In this document: in pieces, positions 1 through 12,700 of the stretch
Numbering within the stretch: the stretch's first letter is position 1
Layout of the letters: every line of letters starts with the position of its first letter
Assembly (NCBI GenBank): GCA_963718045.1
Contig: OY970350.1
Location: 120,001-152,000 of the forward strand
Origin: Candidatus Saccharimonadota bacterium
GTDB lineage: Bacteria; Patescibacteriota; Saccharimonadia; Saccharimonadales; UBA4665
Direction of reading: 5' to 3'
Length of the DNA stretch: 32,000 nt
The notes under the pieces: model-generated
Database searches by the model: none
What the model saw: only the letters and a program-made list of their open reading frames with translations
What the model was told of the DNA's origin: nothing
Made by a program: the position numbers and the translations under genes

Positions 1-917
<917 letters not shown>

Positions 918-919
918 CT

Positions 920-3472
920 ATGGACAAAGACGTTAACAAAGAAGAACCGGAGATAATCCTTCCTCTAGAGGCGAGCAAGCAAGTCCACTCCCGAATAGTC
1001 GAGAGGCGGACAGCTGAAGACGTCATGGAAGATAACTATCTTCGTTACTCAATGAGCGTTATTGTGGCCCGAGCTCTACCAGACGTTAGAGACGGCCTGA
1101 AGCCAGTACATCGTCGTATTTTATACACCATGAACAGGGATGGACTCCGTTCGTCAGCCAAGACACGTAAAAGCGCAAATGTTGTTGGAGCTGTCATGGG
1201 TGACTTTCATCCGCACGGTGATGCCGCTATTTATGAGGCTATGGTTCGTATGGCTCAGGACTGGAGTATGCGCTACCCATTAGTTAACGGGCAGGGTAAC
1301 TTTGGTTCAATGGATGGGGATCCGCCTGCTGCCATGCGTTATACCGAAGCAAAAATGGCTCGTTTAGCTGAAGAACTGCTGCTGGACATAGATAAAGAGA
1401 CGGTTGACTTTCGGGATAACTACGATGGACGGATGCTAGAGCCTACTGTCCTGCCGGCTAAACTACCTAACTTACTTCTAAATGGCCAGCTTGGAATTGC
1501 TGTCGGTATGGCAACTAATATTCCGCCTCACAACCTGGGTGAATTAGTTGACGCAACCGTTTACCAGATTGAAAACACCGATGCTGTACTTGACGATCTA
1601 CTTAAGTTTGTTAAAGGACCAGATTTCCCAACTGGCGGTGTAGTTTACGGTAAAGAATCACTGCGCGTTGCTTATGCCACTGGTAAGGGCGGGGTTGTTA
1701 CCAGGGGTGTAGCCGAAATTATTGAGGATGCCAAGAATAGGCAGAAGATAATCATTAACGAGATACCTTACGCCTTAAACAAAGAATCGCTGATCATTAA
1801 AATTGCCGATTTAGTCAGGGAAAAGAAGATCTCTGGAATTAGCGATATAAGAGATGAAAGCTCTCGCGGGCAGGTCCGGATAGTAATCGATTTAAAGAAG
1901 GATGCTTTTCCCAGCAAGCTGCTTAACCAGTTATTTAAACTAACACCACTGCAAACGACCTTCCACTTCAATATGCTGGCCTTAATCGACGGCATTCAGC
2001 CCAGAGTCCTAGGCCTTCAAGACATTATTAAAGAGCATATTAAACACCGTCAATCTGTTGTCCGAAGGCGAACAGAATTCGAACTAAGAAAAGCCGAAGA
2101 ACGAGCCCATATCTTAGAGGGACTTAAGATAGCCCTTGATCACATTGACGAAGTGATTGCTACTATCCGGGCCTCTAAAGACTACGATGAAGCCCTGGCC
2201 AACCTTATCAAGAAGTTCAAACTGACCGATATCCAAGGGCGGGCAATTCTCGCCATGCAGCTAAGGCGGCTGACGGGACTAGACCGTAAAGAGATTGAAG
2301 ATGAACTAGCTGAACTTATAAAACTGATCGAGAACTTAAAGGGCATTTTAGCGGACGAGAAGAAGATACTGGCTATAGTTAAAGACGAGCTGATTGAACT
2401 TAAGAAGCAGTATGCCGATGCCAGAAGGACTAAGGTTGTTGCCTCAGAACTAGGCAGATTAAGTGATGAGGACCTTATTGCAGATGAACAAGTAGTGGTT
2501 ACCTTAACGGCCGCCAATTATATAAAGAGGAGCCCCATTGCTGAATACAAGCGGCAAGGCAGAGGCGGTAAGGGACGCAGGGGTATGGTAACCAGAGAAG
2601 AAGACGTTATTGAACATGTCGTTAACGCTTCTACTCATGATTTCTTACTGTTCTTTACCAATAAAGGTCGTGTCTTTAGATTAAAGACATATGAGGTTCC
2701 ATCAGTCTCTCTAGGCGCTAAAGGCGTAGCTTTAGTGAACTTACTGCAGCTGCAGCCCGAAGAGACTGTCAACTCAGTTATAAACATCAGTCAAAGTGAC
2801 CATGCTGCTAACTTGATCATGTGTACTATGAGAGGTGTTATTAAGAAGACACCGTTCGAACAATATAAGAACGTCCGTAATTCCGGTCTAATTGCTATCA
2901 ATCTGGATGCTGGCGATGAACTGAAGTGGATTAGAATGACTACCGGTGATAACGAGGTTATTATCTCTACATCTCAAGGACAAGCTATCAGATTCCACGA
3001 AAGAGATGCCCGCCCAATGGGACGTGTCAGCCGCGGTGTCAGAGGTATTAGACTGAGAACAGATGACCATGTCATCGGTATGGATATTGTAAAAGAGAAC
3101 TCCAGTATCTTTGTAATCAGCCGGTATGGCTATGGTAAGCGAACTAAGGTTGCCCAGTTTACACCTCACGCTAGAGGCGGAGTAGGTATCCGTTCAGCAG
3201 TGGTTAACTCTAAGACTGGCGAACTGGTAGGTGTTAAGACACTGGGTGAGACAGCTGACCAGGAAGTCATCATAATTAGCCAAATGGGCCAGACAATTAG
3301 ATTAGGCATTAAAGACATTCCTAGCCTAGGCAGGGCTACTCAAGGCGTAAGAATTATGCGTCTCAATGACGGTGACGAGGTAGTTTCATTAGCTCTAGTT
3401 GACAAGATTGAGGAAGAAGATAACGAAGGTGATATAGAAGAAAGTGTTGATAAAAACGCTACAAATGAGTGA
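920..3472 (+). CDS. gyrA: DNA gyrase subunit A
   Basis: 850-aa ORF with GyrA signatures: [17 protein letters not shown] (QRDR), catalytic-Tyr context AAMRYTEAK, and a C-terminal repeated beta-pinwheel-like region. Confidence 0.97.
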   Translation: MDKDVNKEEPEIILPLEASKQVHSRIVERRTAEDVMEDNYLRYSMSVIVARALPDVRDGLKPVHRRILYTMNRDGLRSSAKTRKSANVVGAVMGDFHPHGDAAIYEAMVRMAQDWSMRYPLVNGQGNFGSMDGDPPAAMRYTEAKMARLAEELLLDIDKETVDFRDNYDGRMLEPTVLPAKLPNLLLNGQLGIAVGMATNIPPHNLGELVDATVYQIENTDAVLDDLLKFVKGPDFPTGGVVYGKESLRVAYATGKGGVVTRGVAEIIEDAKNRQKIIINEIPYALNKESLIIKIADLVREKKISGISDIRDESSRGQVRIVIDLKKDAFPSKLLNQLFKLTPLQTTFHFNMLALIDGIQPRVLGLQDIIKEHIKHRQSVVRRRTEFELRKAEERAHILEGLKIALDHIDEVIATIRASKDYDEALANLIKKFKLTDIQGRAILAMQLRRLTGLDRKEIEDELAELIKLIENLKGILADEKKILAIVKDELIELKKQYADARRTKVVASELGRLSDEDLIADEQVVVTLTAANYIKRSPIAEYKRQGRGGKGRRGMVTREEDVIEHVVNASTHDFLLFFTNKGRVFRLKTYEVPSVSLGAKGVALVNLLQLQPEETVNSVINISQSDHAANLIMCTMRGVIKKTPFEQYKNVRNSGLIAINLDAGDELKWIRMTTGDNEVIISTSQGQAIRFHERDARPMGRVSRGVRGIRLRTDDHVIGMDIVKENSSIFVISRYGYGKRTKVAQFTPHARGGVGIRSAVVNSKTGELVGVKTLGETADQEVIIISQMGQTIRLGIKDIPSLGRATQGVRIMRLNDGDEVVSLALVDKIEEEDNEGDIEESVDKNATNE

Positions 3473-3506
3473 CATTTGGCCGTAGATATTTACTCTCAAA
3501 AATTCT

Positions 3507-3521
3507 GATTATTAACAATTT
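3507..3521 (+). promoter_or_regulatory. boxA-like element inside the relic rRNA leader (GATTATTAACAATTT)
   Basis: Resembles E. coli rrn boxA TGCTCTTTAACAATTT as I recall it. It is a paralog of the elements at 18759-18773 and 23357-23371. Confidence 0.35.
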
Positions 3522-3618
3522 GGCAATGCGCTTCATCATCAGCTCATTTTTTAATTGTTTTAAACAAATTATATTTTTAAGAGTTTAATCTTAACTTAGG
3601 ATGAACACTGGCAGTGTG
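3511..3618 (+). pseudogene. Decayed copy of the rRNA leader plus the first ~45 nt of 16S
   Basis: Hand alignment to 18763-18869 gives about 85 of 108 columns identical with one 1-nt gap. Shared blocks are ATTAACAATTTGG, TCATTTT, AATTGTTTTAAACAAATT, AGAGTTT, AGGATGAAC and CTGGC. The similarity ends abruptly ~45 nt into 16S. Confidence 0.7.
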
Positions 3619-3702
3619 AATTATCTACCCCTATACTTTCACCTGTACTGACAACACCTGTGGATAAGTGGTGAAATTAGATTATTTTTGTGTTCAATTT
3701 TC

Positions 3703-3731
3703 TTGCACTAATATACCCAGAGTTATACAAT
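3703..3731 (+). promoter_or_regulatory. Possible sigma70-type promoter for the giant-gene pair (TTGCAC-17 nt-TACAAT)
   Basis: Hexamers and 17-nt spacing read directly, ~55 nt upstream of the ATG at 3785. AT-rich context, so chance matches are common. Confidence 0.3.
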
Positions 3732-3784
3732 AAAACTACGGATAACAATACCAAGAACTAAAAAGAACAAATAAATAATAAAAA

Positions 3785-6700
3785 ATGAAGCCTGAAGATA
3801 ATAGCTTGGAATCGGGTTCTGAAGCTTCCCAGTACAACTCTTCTTTAGAGGGTGGTTATCAGACGTCGAATGCGCCAAATATACCAATTAAGTCTCCGAA
3901 GGTAAGTATATCGCTGTTTAAATTTAATAAACTGGCAATACTTATAACGGTCAGTACCTTACTTTTCATTGGTTTACTCGGTGGCGGGGCTTTTATTTAC
4001 GATAAAACACATAGTAAAGCATCTTCATTAAACAGCTTAGAAGCAAGTGGTACTTACAAAAATGGCAGCACACTTGCCGTTAACCAAGCGCAACAAGCTG
4101 ATTTATTAACGCTCGGACAAGTTAATCAGCTATCAGTCAACGGACAGCTAACCGTCAACAAAACTCTTGTGTTGACACCATCAACCACACCAACTTCGCC
4201 GATTGCCGGAGAAATTTACTTCGATAGCACCACTAATAAACCGTACGTCTATAATGGTTCACAGTTCGTAAGTCTTCAAATACCCGCACAGTACGTTGCT
4301 AACGTTGGCGGCATCACGGGGAATATCGTGCTTGGCAATGGCCTAACCATTAACGGTAACACCGTAAATGTTTCGAATAGTTTATTGCAATCAATAAGCT
4401 CGGCAGCTTCCAGCACTTCCGTTGTCAGCAGCCTGCAAGGCGCTACTGGTAACGTTACGCTATCCTCTGGATCGGGTATATCTATAAATGGTACTACGGT
4501 TAGTAATACCGGGGTGCTGAATTTGACGTCTTTGAATGGCAGTATAGTTATTACTAATAGCGGCAGTGGAAGTTATAATTTAGCACTTTCTGGAGGTGGC
4601 GGGGTGATTCTTGGCCCTAATGCCGCTCAAATCGATAATTCAAACAACCCGTCTATTTACATAAACAAAACAAACAATGGTAATTTGTTAGAACTTCAGA
4701 ACAATGGAGTAGACCAATTTGTTGTTAATCAGAGCGGTAACCTAGGTATTAACGGCAGCTTTACGCAAAATGGTACTGGCACGTTTAGTACTGGTTCTGG
4801 AGCAGTATCGCTTAACGGTAATACCACCATAACTGGTGGTAACAGCTTAACAGTTTCTAGTGGAGCTACAACACTTAGAGGTACATTGGGAGTAACAGGG
4901 GTCTCAACATTGGGCTCACTCGGTGTTAGTTCATTTAGCGATTCCGGTGCGGCGAGCGTTACTGGCAACACTTCTCTTACTGGAACTTTATCTGTACAGG
5001 GAGCTGTAACCTTAGGGAGTAACTCTCCAGCCACTCAAGGTAGTTTAATATTTGACAACGGCACCAACAATAATGTTATTTCTATTGTGCCATCAGTACC
5101 GACAGGTTCTGGAGACGTCAGTGTTGAGTTTCCAGCGTTAACAGGTGGTTCTTCTGACTATTTCTGTGTTACAGGGCCGGATGCTAACTGTGGTACGTCA
5201 GCTACTACTGTTACAACTTCGTCTAGCGGCACTAGTGGCGATATCGCCGAATTCACTGGTGCAAATCAAATTGCGAATTCCCCCATAACAGACAATGGCA
5301 GTAATGCTCTGACTATACAATCCGGTTATACCCTAAATGTAGGTACGTTGGCTAGTGTTGGTGATCTAAATATTACGCCCAGTGGTAAAGTTAACATTAA
5401 TGATACAGCTCAAGAAGTAGAAATTCAGGGTAATGCTAGCTCATATTTCTCTGTGTCAGCAAATGGCAAGACAAATAAGCTGGCATTTACTTCGCCGACC
5501 TCTGCTCAACCAACAAACTATACGATAACTGTTCCAGATGAGAGTGGTACGATCTGTCTCGATAATGACGCGGCAAACTGTGGTTTTGCCACCAGTGGGA
5601 GTGGTGTAACTGATGTTAACGGCTACACAGGAGTTATATGTATCCAAGATGCAAATGATAATGGCTCCTGCAGCGGCAACAACGTAACTATTAATAATGC
5701 TACTTCTTCAGCTTTGGGTATAGCGTCATTTAGTTCTACAGATTTTAATGTATCAAGCGGAGCAGTTACTACTGTCCAAAATATATCTACAAGCGGTGAT
5801 GTACAATTTGATGGCTTATCACTGGGTAGTGGCTACAACTGTACTGCTCCAGAGACAGGGAGCCTTTGTTTGTCTACTGGCGGCACGGTTTACACTTCGA
5901 ACATAGTAAATCCGAGCAGTACTGCGCCGCTACAAGTTACCAGTGCCAATTCTATTTTCCAGTTTGATCAAGAAGGTACGACTTTCGAATTCCCAACAGG
6001 TTATGGTAACACTACGCATGACATCTGTGTATCTGGTGTAAGCTGTGCAACTGGTACCGGTGCTGCCGTTATTTTACAGCCTAGCTCAGCACAGGCCGAT
6101 GACGGAAGCATAGCCGGTATATTTATAAACGACATTAACTCTAACTGTACTCTTGGAACAAACTGTAAAGATTTGGTTGATTTACAGAACGGCGGTAGCG
6201 ATGTCTTTACAGTTGATCAGTATGGTAACGCTCAGTTCGATCAGACTTTATACGCTAACACAATTCAACCAATAAGCGGTGCAGGTGGAATTACTGTCGG
6301 TACTTCAGGCACAAGTCAAACATTTACGCTCCAAGGTAACTCTGGTTCAGAAATAGAGATAACTAATCCTAATGGCGGAGTATCATATATTGGCATCGAG
6401 AACCCTTCTGGCGGCACTGCTTCTAGTCAGAGTGTGTACTATGCCCTAGACGATACGCAAGCACCCTCTTCAGGTACTAATGGTGGCAACGCTGCTGCAA
6501 ACCCAATATTTATTTGCACGAGTGCTAATAGTTACTGTACGGCAAGCAGTGGCATAACTGGTACAGGTACGACAGGTGACCTACCCCTGTTCAATGGTGC
6601 CCACTCATTAGCTAATTCAATACTGTCTCAATCTTCTTCAAATATAGCAATTGCCGGATCTTCCTCAACCTCCTCGCTGACTATAGGCAATATTTCATCG

Positions 6701-9700
6701 ACAGCCGGTCAACTTGTATTTAACAATGGTATCAATAGTAACTCTATAACCTTTACTCAACCGGCTTCCCAGCCATCAAGCGCAATCAATATTGGTTTAC
6801 CATCTGTAGCTGGGACTGTTGCAGTTAAAGGGACTGGGCCCATATCAGTTGATAATACCGGTACAATAAGTTGTAGTGACTGTGCTGTTACTGGCAGCGG
6901 CGGCTCGGGAGCAAACGTAGTCACAACTTTAAATGGCTTAGATAATGCAGTCAGCATAACTGATTCACTTAATAATGCATTTAGTACCAGTGGCCAAAAC
7001 GTACAAATAGCCAATGCTTCAACCAGCAATTTAGGTCTCGTTAAGATTAACAATGACGGGAATCTAACCGTTTCTAGTGGCGTCGTAGATACCGCACAGA
7101 ATATCCAAACTAGCTCTAGCCCACAATTCGCAAGCGTATATCTGGGCAGTGCTGGTCCTAGCGGGAATGATGGCCAACTAGTCTTCTATGATGGTAGCAC
7201 TGGCTACAAACTAACTCTAAATCAGCTTACTTTAACCAATAATCAGACTATACACATACCAAACAACTCTGGTACTTTAATTGTTGCTGTCGGTTCATCT
7301 AATAACTTAACCCTAAATAATGGTGTAGTAGATACTGCTAACGCAGTAAACTTCCCAACATCAGTAACTACAGCAGAATTACTATCGGGTTCAAGTTCAC
7401 TACAGATTGGTTCGACTTCTTCAGTTCAGCCCTTTACCTTAAATGGTACAGCAGGCACAAGTGGTAGCTACTCATCATTGGATTTATATAGCGGCACTTA
7501 CAACACTAAGATAGATTTTGCAGTACCGGCAACAGGCAATAACGTCTACACATTCCCTGATGCAGGCGGCATTTCAGCAACTGTTTGTTTGCAAAATACA
7601 GGCAGTAGTTATAACAGCTGTACCTATGGATCAGGCTTAAATGGTATTGGTAGTTCAAATCAAGTAGCCTATTTCTCGGGTACCGGCACTCTATCAAGCG
7701 CAACGAATTTCTATGATAACGGCTCCACCGTAGGGCTTGGTGGTGTATCGTCAGGTTTTGGTACCCATACTCAGTTAACAGTTAATACAAATGCCACAGC
7801 AGTCAATAGTGCAGTTACTCAGCTTAACAGCGGCACCAGTAATCCGACTTACATACCTTTAGTTGTTGAAGGTGCTTCCAGTCAAACAGCTGATCTATTA
7901 GATATAGATAGTAATGCTGGAACCCCACTTGCCGGCTTTAATAGTACCGGAAACCTATATTTTAGCGGTTCTTCAAATAACACCATTACCGGTGCTAGCA
8001 ATGAAAACCTTACATTACAGAGTCAGGGCGCTGGTCAGTTACTTCTTAATTCTGCTGGCAGCAGCCTAGCGCTACAAGTAGGCGGTACGACAGAGGCTAC
8101 CGTAAGCAGTGCAGGCAACTTCAACCTACTTAATGGAAGTTATCAATTGGGGGGAAGTACTACATTATCGTCAGCAGCCTTAACCTTCACAGCTAGTACC
8201 GATAGCATTACCGGCCCATCAGGTAGCAGCATTACCTTAGATACTACTGGCTCAGGTATCCTATATCTAGGCAATACTAACGCTCCTAATATATATCTTG
8301 GTAATGGTAACTCAACCACTACAGTAGCCGGGCAGTTGTCTCAGAGCTACTCTAGTCCATCAGCTAGCACAGCAGATACTATTGGCTTTACAAATAGTAA
8401 CAGTGCAGCCGGGGTAGCTATTCAAGGTATTAGTCTAACACCTGCTAACACCACTCCATCCTCAGGTACTAACACTCTGAATGTTCTTAACTTTGTCGCT
8501 GGATCAGGAACGAATGCCACGGCCATCACCAATGGTGTTAACTTTGCTAGCAGTACTGGCTATTCTAACTTTATTAACGCACCAAACTTTGTAGTAGGTA
8601 GTAATGGGGTAATAACACTTGGGACTGTAGGTACAACAGAAGGAGAGCTTACCCTGAATAGTAGCCATTCTGGTGGGTCATTTAGTATTGAGCCAAGTGT
8701 TAATCAGGCTAAATCTACTATCTTATATTTACCAACAGACAGTTCCAGTACCGATACAGTTTGTCTAGTTTCTGATTGTACCGGTGCTGGTGCCGGCTCC
8801 GGTGATAGTAGCTATATATATAACACTTATTCCAGCCAACAATCACCTGGCAACATAGATATCGAGAGTGCTGTAGGGTATGTAGCCGCTAGTATTCAGG
8901 GGGCTTCTGGCCAAGACATAATGGATCTATATTCTAATGGTGGTACTCTTGTAGCCCACTTTGACAGTAGTGGAAATCTTAGCGCGGGCACTATCAATGG
9001 AGCAACTATTACTAGTACTGCCTTTGACGGTGCTACTCTAAGTGGCGGTTCTCTAAGTGGCAGCAGTCTATCAGCAACTCAGTTACTATTCAGTGGCGTT
9101 ACCGGTACAGTTACTACTAACTCTGGAGATAATTTAACAATTGATACTGGTGGTGGTACTTCCACACTTAACCTTGGCAATGCTTATGCTACAACCATAC
9201 AAATTGGTAACACCACCTTAAGCTCAGGTACCCAGACAATCAATATTGGCAATAACAACACATCAGGTGGTACTACCAATGTTAATATAGGCAATGGTTC
9301 AACGGCTCTTGGTACGGTAGCTATTCAGGGTGGGAACATAACACTTACAACCGTAGGGTCTGGTACTACCACTATAAGCAATATTTATAATAATACCGGT
9401 ACAGGAACTGCGCTTAAAGATAATGCTTCAGATATCCAAAGCGGCAGTTCTGGCAGCAGTACTGTTAATGCTGACACTATAAGTTTAACCGGCAATGCTA
9501 CTTCCGGTGAGACTATTAATCTAAACGGTATAAACTTTGCTAATGTTTCAGCAATTGCTAACAACACTTTCAACGGTCTTTACTTTGGTACTGGCTATAA
9601 TAATGCCATTCAAGGTGTCGGATCCCTTAACATAACCGGAGCAGGAGCCAGTACTTGGGATATAGGAGCTAACACTTTATCTCTCCAAACACTTTCTGGC

Positions 9701-12700
9701 GGCGCAATCACTACCGGTACGGGGTTATTTACCCTCGGAGGTAACGTTGCCTTATCTGCAGCCGCACCTTCAATATATAGCTCTACTACTAACTCTGGAT
9801 TAACGTTACAAGCAAACGGTACGGGAGCATTAACACTTAATTCATCTGGAACAACTGGCACAATTGGTGCTATCCAGATTGGTAACGCAAGTACTGCATC
9901 TGTAACCCAGAGCATAAATATAGGGAACAACGCAGGTGCATCATCTGTCTCGACCGTTACTGTTGGCTCAGTTCTAGGTGCCAGTGCTCTTACCCTACAA
10001 GCCGGAACAGGCAACCTAGCCCTAACTACCGGTAGTACCGGTGGTAGTAATATCACCCTAACAACTGATTATGCCTCTTCTAAAATAATTGCTAAATCTA
10101 CTATTAACTCTATTACTGCCTTCCAGATACAAGGGAGCAGTAGCACTGTCTTAACGGCTGACACAACGAATAGCCGGCTAGGAGTGGATAACTCTTACAC
10201 CCAGATAAGTACGCCTGCTTCAGCGCCGACAGTCAACGGTCCATATGCTGGAGGGAGCTTAACATATCCGAATACTTATTACTACGAAATTACAGCTGTT
10301 GATTCAATGGGCGGTGAAACTACTCCTAGCTCGCAAGGAGCTAGCGGTACTCAAACCAGCAGTGCTAACAGAACATATACCATCACATGGAGTGCAGTAA
10401 GTGGAGCTAGTGCTTATAAAATCTACCGCTGTTATGGGACAAGCGGTTGTACTGAAGTTTACATTGCTTCAACCTCAACAACCAGTTATACAGATAACGG
10501 TGTTACAGCTGGCACAGCTATACCGCCAACTACAAATACTGCCTATGTATCGACTAATAGCTCCAACAACAACGGCCAAGTAACCATTGGCGGCAATGGT
10601 ACTCCGACCGGACAGCTATATGTATCAGGTACCGTGCCATCAACGCTCACGGGGGCAACTGGTTATAATATTAGTAACCCAATCTCTACATATGTCTCTG
10701 GCCACTATGCCTACACAATCAGCAATGGCAATAGCGAATTAGTAATTGATGATATTTCCAACCCAGCCAGTCCAACTTATATTAGTGAAATAGGTACTAA
10801 CATTAGCGGCGGACGCTATGTCTATGTTTCTGGTCACTATGCTTATGTTGTCTGCGGTGGCACTACCGGTGAACTAATAATATTTGATATTTCCAATCCA
10901 TTCAGCCCGGCATATGTCAGTGAAACAACCACTAACCTGAATACTCCAAATGATATCTATGTCCAAGGTAATTATGCCTATGTAACAAGCGGCACTAACG
11001 GCACTAATAGCGATTTAGTAATCTTCAATATTTCCAATGCATTCAATCCAGCTTATGTTAGTGAAATAAGCACTAACCTGAATACGCCAAAAACTGTTTA
11101 CATTCAGGGTAATTATGCCTATATCACTAGTTATGGTAGTGGTTACCTAGTAATCGATAACATCTCCAACCCCGCCAACCCAACCTATGTTGGCGAAACA
11201 AACTCTAATTTAGACGGACCTTGGGGTTTATTTGTCTCTGGCAGTTATGCTTACATTGGTGAGGCCACACTTGGTTACCTAGTAATCGATAACATCTCCA
11301 ACCCCGCCAATCCAACCTATATTACCAAAACTAGTACTAATATAAATTACCCGGTATCCGTCTATGTCCAGGGCCGCTATGCCTACATTGCCAATAACGA
11401 AGGTAACTCTATGTCAATCGATGATATCAGCAACCCCTACAATCCAATCAGTGTAGGATTAACTGTCTCTAATTTAAGCTATCCAAGCGGTGTTTTCATC
11501 TCCGGACGCTATGCCTACGTAGATAGCAGCAATAATAACTCATTAGTAATTTATGATTTAGGCGGCACATATGATCAACAGCTGCAAGCTGGCGGGGCAG
11601 AATTAGGTACTTTGCAGGTAGATGGTAACTCGATTATGAGTGGCGATGCTTCTGTACAGGGTGGTCTGGCAGTCGGCAGTAATGCCCAAATACAGGGCGG
11701 CCTTAGCGTGGCCGGTTCTTCAACTCTTGGCAGTTTAAGTTTGAGCGGACTGGCCACACCGGCTGCTCCGACCGAAACAGTAACTTGTAGCGGTACTTGT
11801 GCTACCTCGTACAATTATGCCGTAGCGGCTATCAATGTCAGTGGTGTAACGGCTGCCTCTGCCAGTACTTCAACCGGAGCTACAGCTAATGCCTCACTAA
11901 ATACCACAACTGAATACAATAGAACTGGCTGGACTGCTGTAACCGGTGCTACTGGCTACAATATATATAGGACAGCCGGCGGGGCCGCTCAGGGCCTGAT
12001 AGGTACAGTCCCAGCTTCCAGCATTACCGCTCCGACTCCCACCTCAGGTAGTGAAACCGGTGCTACCTTGACCCTAAACTACTCCATACCACCACCATTC
12101 GTAATCGGCCAAGCCATTACTCTGGCTGGCTTTACTATGAATACCGGATCAGTTAACGGTACCTGGCCAATCCTATCGGTAACCTCTTCGGCTATTACTA
12201 TCAATATACTGAGTGGTGTTACTTCTACTATCAGTACCATGGGTACGGCTACCGGCATACTAGGTTTCTATGACACTGCCCAGACTGCCGGAACCTCAGC
12301 CCCGACCACGACTACTGCCGGAAGCTTAACAGTTAATGGCCCTGGCTTATTTGAGAATGCTTCTAACTCCACTACAGCCTTCCAGGTACAGAATGCCAGT
12401 GGCTATACATTATTGGGGGTAGATACAACAAGTGCAGACAATGACGTAATAATAGGCCAATCTAGTAATCTTACCGGTAACCTTATATTTGCCAACGCTA
12501 GTAATTCCTACACATTTAGTTTGACTGCCTCAACTGCGGCGAGCGGAAATATCTCTCTAATCTTGCCGTCTGTTGCACCGTCAGCTGGCCAATGTTTGAC
12601 AGCAACAAGCAGTACGCAATTAGCTTTTGCAGGCTGTGGTACATCTCACGCTAAACAGATAACGCTAGCAGCCGAATATGCTGGGGCTGTATTGGATAGC

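Noticed and set aside
3638-3656. TTTCA(CCT)GTACTGACAAC just downstream of the relic matches TTTCAGTACTGACAAC in the 16S 3' trailer (21584-21599), which would suggest the relic is a whole 16S gene with an internal deletion
   Set aside because: It is only an 11-nt exact core plus 5 nt across a 3-nt gap. Matches of this length are expected by chance in 32 kb, so I did not count it as evidence. It is worth a formal test.
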